Shown: piece by piece, positions 1-8,326 of the stretch | Numbering within the stretch: the first letter of the stretch is position 1 | How the letters are laid out: the number at the start of each line of letters is the position of its first letter | IMG/VR virus record: IMGVR_UViG_3300020045_003852 | Coordinates: 1-64,000 of that record | DNA length: 64,000 bases | DNA from: a virus | Reading direction: 5' to 3' (one strand) | Position numbers and translations under genes: made by a program | Notes under the pieces: generated by a model | The model's database searches: none | What the model saw: only the letters and a program-made list of their open reading frames with translations | Told to the model about the DNA's origin: nothing

Positions 1-142
1 TACTGGCCGAAGAGAAACGTCCGTCAAGAATGATAACTGAGCGATCACCGCAAGCTTCGATCAATTTGTCTGATATGGCACTCTTTTGGTAAAATTGAGC
101 GTAGAGCATTTTGTTCTTCCTTTGTTCGTTTCGATATGTGTA

Positions 143-170
143 ATTATAAAGCTTGTTTAGAGCTTGTCAA
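143..170 (-). promoter_or_regulatory. sigma70-type promoter (TTGACA-16-TATAAT) firing leftward off the window edge
   Basis: tgtcaa at 165-170 and attata at 143-148 on the + strand. Confidence 0.7.
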
Positions 171-183
171 GCGCTTTGTGGAA

Positions 184-402
184 TTATTTGTAGGGCGCTG
201 ACGTATCGTAAATTTGCTTACCAACGCTGTCGCAGACGGAGAATTCTTCAACCGTACAAGGATATCCGCAATCATGGTTCTTATTTGCCAATGCTACAGC
301 CCTTGCCCATGCGTTCATATAGTCGCCATGCTTCAGCAAGTCATAGTGAAATACTCGAATCTGCTTATTTGTTGCTTTGAGAAAGACAGAGTAGCAGGCC
401 AT
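184..402 (-). CDS. hypothetical early protein
   Basis: 72-aa ORF tightly coupled to the upstream gene. Confidence 0.6.
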   Translation of the reverse strand: MACYSVFLKATNKQIRVFHYDLLKHGDYMNAWARAVALANKNHDCGYPCTVEEFSVCDSVGKQIYDTSAPYK

Positions 403-403
403 G

Positions 404-901
404 TTACGCCACCTTTCCGAGTTTCCCGCTTTCGCGGCTTGTCGTCACATACCCTAACGCCCTAGCGCGGTTTGCATAAACACTTACAATGTTGCGACTC
501 CACCCTTCCAACTCACTCGCCAATGCGTTGTATTCAACGCCAGCGGGGTTATTGTTCGCCCCCTTATACACTGCCAACAGGAAGCGCTTAAAATCGCCGC
601 CTTCGCGGCCTGTTAGCCCTTTATCCTTGCAGGGTCGGACATAAATTTGCATCGGCTTACGTTGCCGAATTTTACCACTTCCAACAAACTCCACGCCTAT
701 TTTGTTCGCCCTATCGGGCGCTCTATCCTCGATCACTTGCCAGCCCTTGACATTTTTCTTGTCACCTCGCAACAATTCGAGGATACCAGTTTTCCCAATG
801 CTGCCCTTTAATTGCGGCAGTCGCGCCAGTTTGTTGGCGGATTGTTCGCCGAGAAGGGGAACGCGCTTTGAGTCGTTTACCATGTATTTAATCATTTGCA
901 T
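404..901 (-). CDS. basic hypothetical early protein, possible C-terminal DNA-binding helix bundle
   Basis: 165-aa ORF with RBS; K/R-rich. Confidence 0.65.
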   Translation of the reverse strand: MQMIKYMVNDSKRVPLLGEQSANKLARLPQLKGSIGKTGILELLRGDKKNVKGWQVIEDRAPDRANKIGVEFVGSGKIRQRKPMQIYVRPCKDKGLTGREGGDFKRFLLAVYKGANNNPAGVEYNALASELEGWSRNIVSVYANRARALGYVTTSRESGKLGKVA

Positions 902-923
902 GATAGATTACCTTTGATAGTGG

Positions 924-1250
924 TTAGAAAAGGTCGGACAAACGAAGTTTATACACTTCAGTAATAACATTTCCGAACACATCCGTATGATGGTCAAACC
1001 GACCATACTTTTGCAATGCTGTTTTCATGCCGTGAGGGTAGCCCTTCTCGCCTTCGGCGTACATCAAAGCCGACGAGATAGCATCCTTTTTACTAGTGCA
1101 ATAACTTTGCGATTCGCTTAAGCATCCTGGAATGTGCCATTCGGCAACCCAAACAACGTGATTTAACGCTGAAGCAAGAACGTCGTTACGATCAATCATA
1201 CGTTCTTCGTTGATACGTTCGAATGCTTCGTCAAATGTAAACTTTGCCAT
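924..1250 (-). CDS. hypothetical early protein
   Basis: 108-aa ORF, AGGA RBS. Confidence 0.7.
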   Translation of the reverse strand: MAKFTFDEAFERINEERMIDRNDVLASALNHVVWVAEWHIPGCLSESQSYCTSKKDAISSALMYAEGEKGYPHGMKTALQKYGRFDHHTDVFGNVITEVYKLRLSDLF

Positions 1251-1304
1251 GATGTTTAGTCCTAGTCGATTGATGAATATTAATGATATAATCGTTAGGC
1301 AAGT

Positions 1305-1742
1305 CTAACGATTGTCGAAAACGTAATAACTAACGCCTTCAATTTCAATCTCTTCTTCGTTACCATCGTAATGATTGAAATGATGCCCGTAACCATCTGC
1401 CGATGCATAACTTGCTTGCATTTCCTCAAGCTTGCCAAGCGAGATAATCAGCTTGCCGATCGCTTCGAAAGCTTCCGCTTTTTGCATTGCCTCGATTACA
1501 TCCGTATCAATGCCTATCGCGTCGGCGATAAACCAAGCATTGAAGCATCCGAGAATGTACAGGTCGTTTTCCATTTCTTCTTGTTGAATCTTGTCAATTG
1601 CATCGGCTTTGATGAAACGGACATTGCCCACTTCAAAATCATCATCGCCTGATTCAATATGACCGATAACATCACGCCAATCCGGCGTACTGTCCAAGTC
1701 ATTACAGAATTCGATAACTTGCTTTACGGATGAGAATTTCAT
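1305..1742 (-). CDS. highly acidic early protein (DNA-mimic / anti-defence candidate)
   Basis: 32 D/E in 145 aa, AAGGA RBS, upstream TTGACA promoter at 1816-1845. Confidence 0.7.
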   Translation of the reverse strand: MKFSSVKQVIEFCNDLDSTPDWRDVIGHIESGDDDFEVGNVRFIKADAIDKIQQEEMENDLYILGCFNAWFIADAIGIDTDVIEAMQKAEAFEAIGKLIISLGKLEEMQASYASADGYGHHFNHYDGNEEEIEIEGVSYYVFDNR

Positions 1743-1854
1743 GATATTTCCTTAAGGATTAAAACTACGTTTTAAAACGATTGTTGGATCAACTGGGGAA
1801 CAGCTAACAAGATGAATACTACCATCCATAATATTAACGTGTCAACTATTTTCA

Positions 1855-2007
1855 TTACATATCATCCAGTGAAAGGCCAAGATAGGAAAGATCAATCGTG
1901 CCGATTGTATCATCGTCATAATCGGCATCTTCGGATACAACCTCATCAATCAACTGGTCAAACGTCAGACTGTTGAGGCGGTCAATTTCTTGTTGGGTCA
2001 GACTCAT
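1855..2007 (-). CDS. 50-aa very acidic peptide (not in ORF track)
   Basis: MSLTQQEIDRLNSLTFDQLIDEVVSEDADYDDDTIGTIDLSYLGLSLDDM*, AAAGGA RBS. Confidence 0.65.
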   Translation of the reverse strand: MSLTQQEIDRLNSLTFDQLIDEVVSEDADYDDDTIGTIDLSYLGLSLDDM

Positions 2008-2161
2008 GATAATCCTTTCAGGATTCTAGCAGAAAACAACGATTGCAACATGTTTGCGAAGACTCCAACGAACTGATGACAGGGAGAATTTTACTGTGGT
2101 AGGTTTCATGATTACTCGCTCCGCTCGTGTTAAAGTTAAGTTGCTTGAATTGAATTCTACA

Positions 2162-2350
2162 CTACTTCTCAATAAATTGCTTAGCTTCAGTCAAATTTCT
2201 AAACCCTGAGAATTCGCCCGTAAGATGCCGAAAAGTTACGGTGTACATTCTGTTTCCTTTGTTGTTTGTAATCCAAGCAAAGGATTCCCCATGCTTGAGT
2301 ACTTGCCAGTCAATCATGCTTTGCTTGACTACTTTTAGCGGCGAACTCAT
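2162..2350 (-). CDS. hypothetical early protein
   Basis: 62-aa ORF downstream of TTGCTA..TATACT promoter (2385-2412). Confidence 0.6.
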   Translation of the reverse strand: MSSPLKVVKQSMIDWQVLKHGESFAWITNNKGNRMYTVTFRHLTGEFSGFRNLTEAKQFIEK

Positions 2351-2477
2351 GTTGTTCTCACTGGTAAAGTTAAGGTGTAACGAGAGTATAAAGGTAATTT
2401 AGTACTTAGCAAACACTATATTGTAACAGTATGTAACAGAGTAGCAGACTCTACATGTTCAATAGACGCATACGCGT

Positions 2478-2494
2478 AGCAAAGACTATGCCAG
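2478..2494 (-). promoter_or_regulatory. sigma54 (-24/-12)-like box
   Basis: CTGGCATAGTCTTTGCT = GG-N10-GC matching TGGCAC-N5-TTGCW. Confidence 0.5.
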
Positions 2495-2656
2495 GATGAA
2501 CAAAGAGCATAACTCAACAGGTGCAAATAAATTTAGCTTGTCCTATTGCTTTCGATAATTTCAATGGTACAATATGTACGTTCCTTCGCGGCTTAGGCCG
2601 GATCAGGAGGAACGATCCTGCTTAACGTTTGTAACGTGTATTATTAAACTGGATTA

Positions 2657-2673
2657 AGCACAACATATGCCAG
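2657..2673 (-). promoter_or_regulatory. second sigma54-like box
   Basis: CTGGCATATGTTGTGCT, GG-N10-GC. Confidence 0.4.
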
Positions 2674-2678
2674 TAAAT

Positions 2679-2848
2679 AGATAACCAGAGATAACAATTC
2701 AGATAATATTTTGTGCTAATACCTTTGGTATTAGCCACAGGTTATCTATTATCTGAAACATTATATAGATAACATTATCTCAGGTTATCTCGTATTATCT
2801 TCGATATTATATAACATTTTGATAATATTATCTAATTATTATCGATAA
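2679..2848. repeat. AT-rich array of AGATAA/TTATCT hexamers around a central 9-bp inverted repeat
   Basis: copies at 2679, 2689, 2701, 2742, 2749, 2767, 2775, 2785, 2795, 2828; GCTAATACC-TTT-GGTATTAGC at 2715-2735. Confidence 0.85.
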
Positions 2849-2960
2849 TGTTTTATGCGGGGACAAATTTCGTAGGCCCCTCCCTCACTATTAAGAACTC
2901 TTTTTCGAGTCCAAATTCTGGCGTCTTGGACGAAATTATCTGAAATCAGGAATAACAAAT

Positions 2961-2992
2961 AAGGCTATCTCCATTTGTTTGGAGATAGCCTT
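2961..2992. terminator. intrinsic terminator hairpin ending the leftward 3-14 kb transcripts
   Basis: AAGGCTATCTCCA-TTTGTT-TGGAGATAGCCTT, A/T-rich flanks. Confidence 0.8.
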
Positions 2993-3011
2993 TAATTATT
3001 TAACTATTACA

Positions 3012-3242
3012 TTACATCAACATTGCTTTTATTTCTTCATATGTTTCAATAACATCGTAGTATGGATCATAATCATAACTTGAAATTAGGTAGATTCTGC
3101 TGTTGGGCTTTTCATTGACAACACCAAGACCACTATATTTTGCTACCATGTCTTTATTCATGACACTGATAGACTCAATTTGAGAAGTGTTAATAATCGT
3201 GGTTCCACCATTTGCCCTATTCACTTCAATAAACTTACTCAT
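3012..3242 (-). CDS. hypothetical protein
   Basis: 76-aa ORF, AAGGAG RBS. Confidence 0.7.
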   Translation of the reverse strand: MSKFIEVNRANGGTTIINTSQIESISVMNKDMVAKYSGLGVVNEKPNSRIYLISSYDYDPYYDVIETYEEIKAMLM

Positions 3243-3501
3243 AATTATCTCCTTATTTGTTCATATAGCGTGAGCATTACTTACGCTTAAATGGGCTGGA
3301 ATAATCCCCGCTACTAGCAATTTGTTGTAGGATATTATCTCTAATCTTCCACCAAGTGTTACCACTATTGCTTGAGCCTTTTATAGAAGGAATACCTACA
3401 TAACTTGGCTTATTGTCAGCATCTTGCTTAGGCTTTGCTTTCTTCTTAGTCATTCTGTGTAGGCTCCATGAAATAGTTAAGATATAAATTGAATACTTAT
3501 T

Positions 3502-3837
3502 TCAATGCCACTTTGAGTAGTACCCATTGGAACAATGTTCCTCGAAGCTACCTTCGATGAAGGTGTCTCTATGTTGAGTATACGCTTTCTCAAGAATAAT
3601 GTCAAGGATGCTATCGAGGTAATCAACATACCTCCCGTCAGGGCGAAGCACTCGCATAATTGTCAACTGCTCAAGGATATCCTCTCCTCCAATTTCAAAT
3701 GTATCAATGTCGAAATCAGGATATTCTTCTGGATATCCAGGATCGCCGTTGGCGAGATACATCTTAGCAGGTGTTCCCGGATAATATGTTCCAGTGATTG
3801 TTGCTGTTACATTACCAAATGCTATGTCAACTTGCAT
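3502..3837 (-). CDS. hypothetical phage protein
   Basis: 111 aa, GGAGAAG RBS, GDPGYP motif. Confidence 0.7.
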   Translation of the reverse strand: MQVDIAFGNVTATITGTYYPGTPAKMYLANGDPGYPEEYPDFDIDTFEIGGEDILEQLTIMRVLRPDGRYVDYLDSILDIILEKAYTQHRDTFIEGSFEEHCSNGYYSKWH

Positions 3838-4588
3838 ATTCTTCTCCGTAATTAAGGGCTTTCATACTCTCTGGAAAGTGAGTATATAGTACTGATCCAA
3901 GTAGTTTTGCAAAATCGTTGGCAATTCCTTGTGCATGAGAATCTTTACGAAGCGCATAGACACGTGCAAAAGCGAGAAGTGACCCAGACCATACCCATTG
4001 TGTCATTGCATTAAGGGGCAATACCATGCGTGCTTCCTCTGGGGCTACTCCAGCATCTAGCAAGATATAATACTGCTCAACTGAATACTTTGAAACCTTG
4101 CGAATTACTTCTATTGCTTGCGTATCAACCCCTTCATAATCTTCTGTCCACACATAACCCGTATGTTCTTCACTAGAGGCTCCCTGCTTAGCATTCTCAG
4201 GTGCCTCATGCACAACACTTGGCAACCAAAGATCAATATCCTCTTTAATATAGCGCCTTGAAATTTCATTGATGACGAGGCCAACAGTATGCTTATGCAA
4301 TTGCCTAGCAAGGAAAAATGGAACATTAACACGAATACTTAGAAAGCAATGTGCAAATGGAGTCCAATGTGTGTTGGCCTTAGCCAACGCTTCCCAGTTA
4401 TCTCGTTCATTTGCTGGCAAGCCAGTGGCAAGATAAGATAGAAGTCCCTTATCCCCTTGCGTCAATTCTTGTGACTCATCGTTCCATTTGCTGAAAGAAA
4501 CTTTTGCACAATTGACGACACGTTTATCACTGCCCATCTTATCAATATACTCAACACTAATTGGCTTAATTTCAATTGTTCTAGTCAT
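3827..4588 (-). CDS. thyX: flavin-dependent thymidylate synthase
   Basis: HWTPFAH, ARQLHKH...NEISRRY and EEARMVLP motifs. Confidence 0.93.
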   Translation of the reverse strand: MTRTIEIKPISVEYIDKMGSDKRVVNCAKVSFSKWNDESQELTQGDKGLLSYLATGLPANERDNWEALAKANTHWTPFAHCFLSIRVNVPFFLARQLHKHTVGLVINEISRRYIKEDIDLWLPSVVHEAPENAKQGASSEEHTGYVWTEDYEGVDTQAIEVIRKVSKYSVEQYYILLDAGVAPEEARMVLPLNAMTQWVWSGSLLAFARVYALRKDSHAQGIANDFAKLLGSVLYTHFPESMKALNYGEEYAS

Positions 4589-4761
4589 TCCTCACTCCAA
4601 ACAATACTAACAGTAAATTTACCTTGTTGCAGTCCATGTTCGTCTACAGGAACTTCATCAAGCAGTGGATTATAATCTCCAATGAAAGCCTCGTCAATAT
4701 CCCTGCCTAGATCATACAAAGATTCTCCATCATATTCTTTATTGAAAATTGTAATACTCAT
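4585..4761 (-). CDS. 58-aa hypothetical protein (not in ORF track)
   Basis: MSITIFNKEYDGESLYDLG..., GGAGG RBS, stop/start overlaps with both neighbours. Confidence 0.6.
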   Translation of the reverse strand: MSITIFNKEYDGESLYDLGRDIDEAFIGDYNPLLDEVPVDEHGLQQGKFTVSIVWSEE

Positions 4762-4949
4762 TATAGTCCTCCATCGTAACTACGTTCTGCTAACACCTTA
4801 ATTGTATACTTCGTAAACTCACTATCTGAAGGATACCCAAACCATTCGCATGCAGCAATAATTCCATATTTACGAATAGCGTTCTCCCATACGTCGCTTG
4901 GAACGTTCTCTCGCACAGGGGTGTGCGCTAGATCGAGTAATGTGTTCAT
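4761..4949 (-). CDS. hypothetical protein
   Basis: 62-aa ORF, overlaps neighbours by ATGA/TAATG. Confidence 0.6.
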   Translation of the reverse strand: MNTLLDLAHTPVRENVPSDVWENAIRKYGIIAACEWFGYPSDSEFTKYTIKVLAERSYDGGL

Positions 4950-5344
4950 TTCTTCATCCCCACTAGTCTAAGGTTAATACGTTCCACATTCAAAGCAATA
5001 GCTTGCTCCGTAGGAGCATACCCGTTAATGAATGATTTGTCAATTCCACAAAGCAAATCTTCTTCACTAATTTGATTAACATTGTATCCACGCGACTTCC
5101 ACTCTGAGCATAGTGCCTTGTAACGCTCAGTAACATATCCTAATTTATCAACAAAGAACAGCACATGCCCTTTTCCAAGCACATAGACCTTCGGAGGTTT
5201 CTTATGAAGGCTCCACTGATAGGCATTCTTATATTTCTGAGTACCTAAACGAGCAAAGCCAAATACACGAGTGATCTCCTTGATTTCGCCTATGAGATGA
5301 AGTCTATATAATGATTCCACTGGCACAGTATTGATCCTAGTGAT
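4946..5344 (-). CDS. denV: pyrimidine-dimer DNA glycosylase/AP lyase (T4 endonuclease V family), ATC start
   Basis: TRIN...HL..E..E..RVF and Y.LGKGHV.FF.DKL motifs; GAGGAG RBS 6 nt before ATC. Confidence 0.88.
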   Translation of the reverse strand: MTRINTVPVESLYRLHLIGEIKEITRVFGFARLGTQKYKNAYQWSLHKKPPKVYVLGKGHVLFFVDKLGYVTERYKALCSEWKSRGYNVNQISEEDLLCGIDKSFINGYAPTEQAIALNVERINLRLVGMKK

Positions 5345-5466
5345 GATATTCTCCTCAATTGATAACGAAAGACATATGTTGACACAAGTAAGCAACAATG
5401 TCAAGCATTTTCCATATTCCTAGCGGAATGCACAAAGCAATGAATAACGCTATTGTATCAGCCATG

Positions 5467-5883
5467 TCAGCCCTTCTCCACAACCATAACATTAGCAACC
5501 CGCTTCTCAGGGAACATCTTCTTCACTTGGGCAATAATTGTAGCATTGTCCAATTGAGATACATCACTATATTGGTGATGTTCTACATGTCCGTCCATAA
5601 ATTTCACAGCTACATGCTTAGTGTAATTAGGAGGCAATTCTGATGCCTCTATGGCTTGCGTAGCGACCTCTGGTTGCCCTTTGGCAGATATCTGGCTACA
5701 TAGGTGTTCATTGTCCCTCGTAAGAGCGTCTATGCGCCTTTGTAGGCGCTGAACAACAAACATATCGTACAAGAAGATAGACTCTCCCGGAGCATCTTCT
5801 ACTCCGTAGGCAATATGCTCACATTTGTCCATATCTGCATTAAGAATACAATGGGCTACAGGCTTTGGATTGTAACTACTCAT
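5467..5883 (-). CDS. hypothetical protein
   Basis: 138-aa ORF with RBS. Confidence 0.6.
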   Translation of the reverse strand: MSSYNPKPVAHCILNADMDKCEHIAYGVEDAPGESIFLYDMFVVQRLQRRIDALTRDNEHLCSQISAKGQPEVATQAIEASELPPNYTKHVAVKFMDGHVEHHQYSDVSQLDNATIIAQVKKMFPEKRVANVMVVEKG

Positions 5884-6152
5884 TAATATTCTCCCAAGTC
5901 ATAGAAATGTACAACAAACCAGCCATCTTGTACTGTTGAAATATACTTCGCCTCAACAAAAGGGCTATTACAAATCTCTTCGCCTGTGCAATAAGCAACA
6001 ATTGTACGAGGGACAAGATTGGCGTTAGTGTCAATTTCCGCCCATAGGGAATAATCATCTCCCTGTTTCTGCACACATAGAATCTTAGCTCCTTGCGGTA
6101 TTTTAATAATCTGTTCTCCACCAGTGTGGAGTTTATATTTATGGATTTCCAT
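5883..6152 (-). CDS. conserved phage hypothetical protein
   Basis: MEIHKYKL...P.GAKILCVQ.Q...W; TAATG coupling. Confidence 0.65.
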   Translation of the reverse strand: MEIHKYKLHTGGEQIIKIPQGAKILCVQKQGDDYSLWAEIDTNANLVPRTIVAYCTGEEICNSPFVEAKYISTVQDGWFVVHFYDLGEY

Positions 6153-6892
6153 TATTCGTCTCCTACAATACGGAAAGCGATAATATCCGAACACAGGCCC
6201 ACTTTTGAGTCCCAATCAAAGTTTGTTGCAGAGTCAATTAGGGATTGAGGATGGGTACGACCTCTCACCCAAATTTTCACCATAACATTCCCATCCACAG
6301 GAGGAACATCAGTAACCCCTTGCCAGAAATGCCACTCCCCAACAGAATAGCCATTGTGTTTATCTTGTTGTGGAACATCAATAATGACCTTCATAATATC
6401 GTAAAATGTTTTACAACTGTGTATGGTGCTTTCTTTTCCGTTTGATAACCAAACCTGCTGTCCAGTGCTAAGGCGGACTACTGGCCGGGGTGACTGGTAC
6501 TTCCATTTAAAATCTTCAATACCAACAACAGTGCGAATCTTCCCATCACGACATTTAACTTTAGTGCCCAATTTAATCAGGCTGCTGTCGTAAGGAACAC
6601 AATTAGCCAGATATGGCTTGCTGCCTTTTACATGAGGACTCTTGGGATTCGCAGGAGTTCCTTGCTTACGGGGGACAGCATGGAGCCAATCACGTTCAAC
6701 GATAAGCAGAGAGCCATTAGCAGTTTCGACAAGCAGAGGATGTTGCATTTCTTCAACATTGACAAAAGCTTGTTTGATATGGGCCTTGAAGGTTCCAAAC
6801 CAAGGATGCTCCACAAGAAACATCACTTTCATGATGTAGCTATAGTTGTTGTAGGTGAGAAATTCCATGTCAAGCTTTTCAGCATTCCGCAT
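6152..6892 (-). CDS. hypothetical multi-domain protein
   Basis: 246-aa ORF; C-terminal W.G...PPV...W...DIIAFRIV segment typical of small phage domains. Confidence 0.65.
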   Translation of the reverse strand: MRNAEKLDMEFLTYNNYSYIMKVMFLVEHPWFGTFKAHIKQAFVNVEEMQHPLLVETANGSLLIVERDWLHAVPRKQGTPANPKSPHVKGSKPYLANCVPYDSSLIKLGTKVKCRDGKIRTVVGIEDFKWKYQSPRPVVRLSTGQQVWLSNGKESTIHSCKTFYDIMKVIIDVPQQDKHNGYSVGEWHFWQGVTDVPPVDGNVMVKIWVRGRTHPQSLIDSATNFDWDSKVGLCSDIIAFRIVGDE

Positions 6893-7046
6893 AATTGTCT
6901 ACCTTTCGATAACGGAGTTAGAGAAAGGAATGGTGAAGCCATTCCTGTTTATTCAGTAATTTCAAATTGTTGAATAGCCTTCATTACATCTTCTTTCCTT
7001 CAATACAAGCATCTTACATTGTGTTGTCTTGCTTGTCAAGAACTAT

Positions 7047-7298
7047 TTATACAATCAAATCAGCAATCTCACGCGCATAGTTGTAAACTTCAGAGTATCC
7101 ACTTGAATGTCCCATGTTCCAAGCAATTTCAAACAATTTCTCGCGCTTAGGGTTGTCCTGAATTCCAAGGTCGATGAAGAGGTCTTGCTTGAACATTTGG
7201 ACAAGGCCAACAGTCTCTTCACGATATGCATTCCATGCGTTAGGATCACTGCTACGAGTGCAATACGGAAGTTTGTGTTCATATTTGGTGTAGTTCAT
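7047..7298 (-). CDS. hypothetical protein
   Basis: AAGGAG RBS; AW..GHS.GY motif. Confidence 0.65.
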   Translation of the reverse strand: MNYTKYEHKLPYCTRSSDPNAWNAYREETVGLVQMFKQDLFIDLGIQDNPKREKLFEIAWNMGHSSGYSEVYNYAREIADLIV

Positions 7299-7316
7299 GG
7301 CCATCTCCTTACACAA

Positions 7317-7538
7317 TTAACTCAACGATGCTTCAGCATACAACGGGCTACACGTGTAGCCCTCATACGTCAGTGCGTATGCCAGCAGAAGCTCATAGAC
7401 ATGGTGTAGGAAGTCAGCATTGACCTCAACTGTGTTGTTGCTCATCTCAACATCAGAAAAAGCCCCCTGTAGATCACAGGAGGCTTCACAGACGGTTTCA
7501 AGAATGTTGCTATGCTGCATATCGTCAGAATAGTTCAT
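7317..7538 (-). CDS. acidic hypothetical protein
   Basis: 73-aa ORF with RBS. Confidence 0.55.
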   Translation of the reverse strand: MNYSDDMQHSNILETVCEASCDLQGAFSDVEMSNNTVEVNADFLHHVYELLLAYALTYEGYTCSPLYAEASLS

Positions 7539-7673
7539 GGTTTCCCCTAAGTAATTTGATAACTGCTGATATTTATGTGGAATGTAGCCTGCCCTTGGCT
7601 ACTTGGAAACTCTCTTTGAGAGTTTCCTTATTCAAAGACCATTGGGTAGGCTACATATATTTCGAATATGTCT

Positions 7674-8141
7674 TCATACACCGAGAAAGGAAGACAATTC
7701 TACCACTTTCTTCTCCAGCATGTCAATACGTTGTAGCAATGTTGTCTGCGAGTGGACTTCTGTATTAGGAAGCAAGGCTTCTTGTGTTGCTGACAATGTT
7801 GAATCAATAGCTGGAAGCATGGAACTTCGTTTGTTAATGATGCGAGGAATTACCTTGACACTTTGACGACGGAATCGCCGTGGTTGCATTGACTTGATGC
7901 TGTCAAGGAATTCTTGTCCAAACAAATGTGACCTTCCATCTCGGGCATACACTCTGGGTTTGTTCCTCGCAATCAATGCGTAGACATAACTCAGTGAGAT
8001 TTCCGCTGCTGCGGCGATTTCTTCAACACGATACAACTTTGTAGGGCCAACGCTAGGAATAGTCTGCATATTGGCCGCTTGAGAGTGTTGGGTATGTTCA
8101 CCATTAACAACATTCTTGACTTCCATATTTTGTGCATTCAT
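7674..8141 (-). CDS. helix-turn-helix DNA-binding protein with C-terminal coiled coil
   Basis: LYRVEEIAAAAEISLSYVYALI (MerR/Xis-like HTH); own TTGACA/TATTCT promoter at 8207-8234. Confidence 0.65.
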   Translation of the reverse strand: MNAQNMEVKNVVNGEHTQHSQAANMQTIPSVGPTKLYRVEEIAAAAEISLSYVYALIARNKPRVYARDGRSHLFGQEFLDSIKSMQPRRFRRQSVKVIPRIINKRSSMLPAIDSTLSATQEALLPNTEVHSQTTLLQRIDMLEKKVVELSSFLGV

Positions 8142-8285
8142 GATAGTCTCCTATAAAGTTGGGAAAATTCCCTATGTTTGTTTCCTTGTTGCGTTACGAC
8201 AATTTCAGAATACACTCTTTGTAAATCGTGTCAAGACATTTGGAGAAACTTTGTTGTAACAGTTTGTGACGTATATAAAAGAGAG

Positions 8286-8315
8286 AAGCCCCATCCTCGT
8301 GAGAGGATAGGGCTT
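8286..8315 (-). terminator. intrinsic terminator after RNR
   Basis: AAGCCCCATCCTC-GTGA-GAGGATAGGGCTT followed by pyrimidine/T tract on the - strand. Confidence 0.75.
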
Positions 8316-8326
8316 TGGTTATACGA

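Noticed and set aside
2679-2848. CRISPR array
   Set aside because: Repeats are 6 bp, occur in both orientations, have no unique spacers of CRISPR length, and no cas genes are present.
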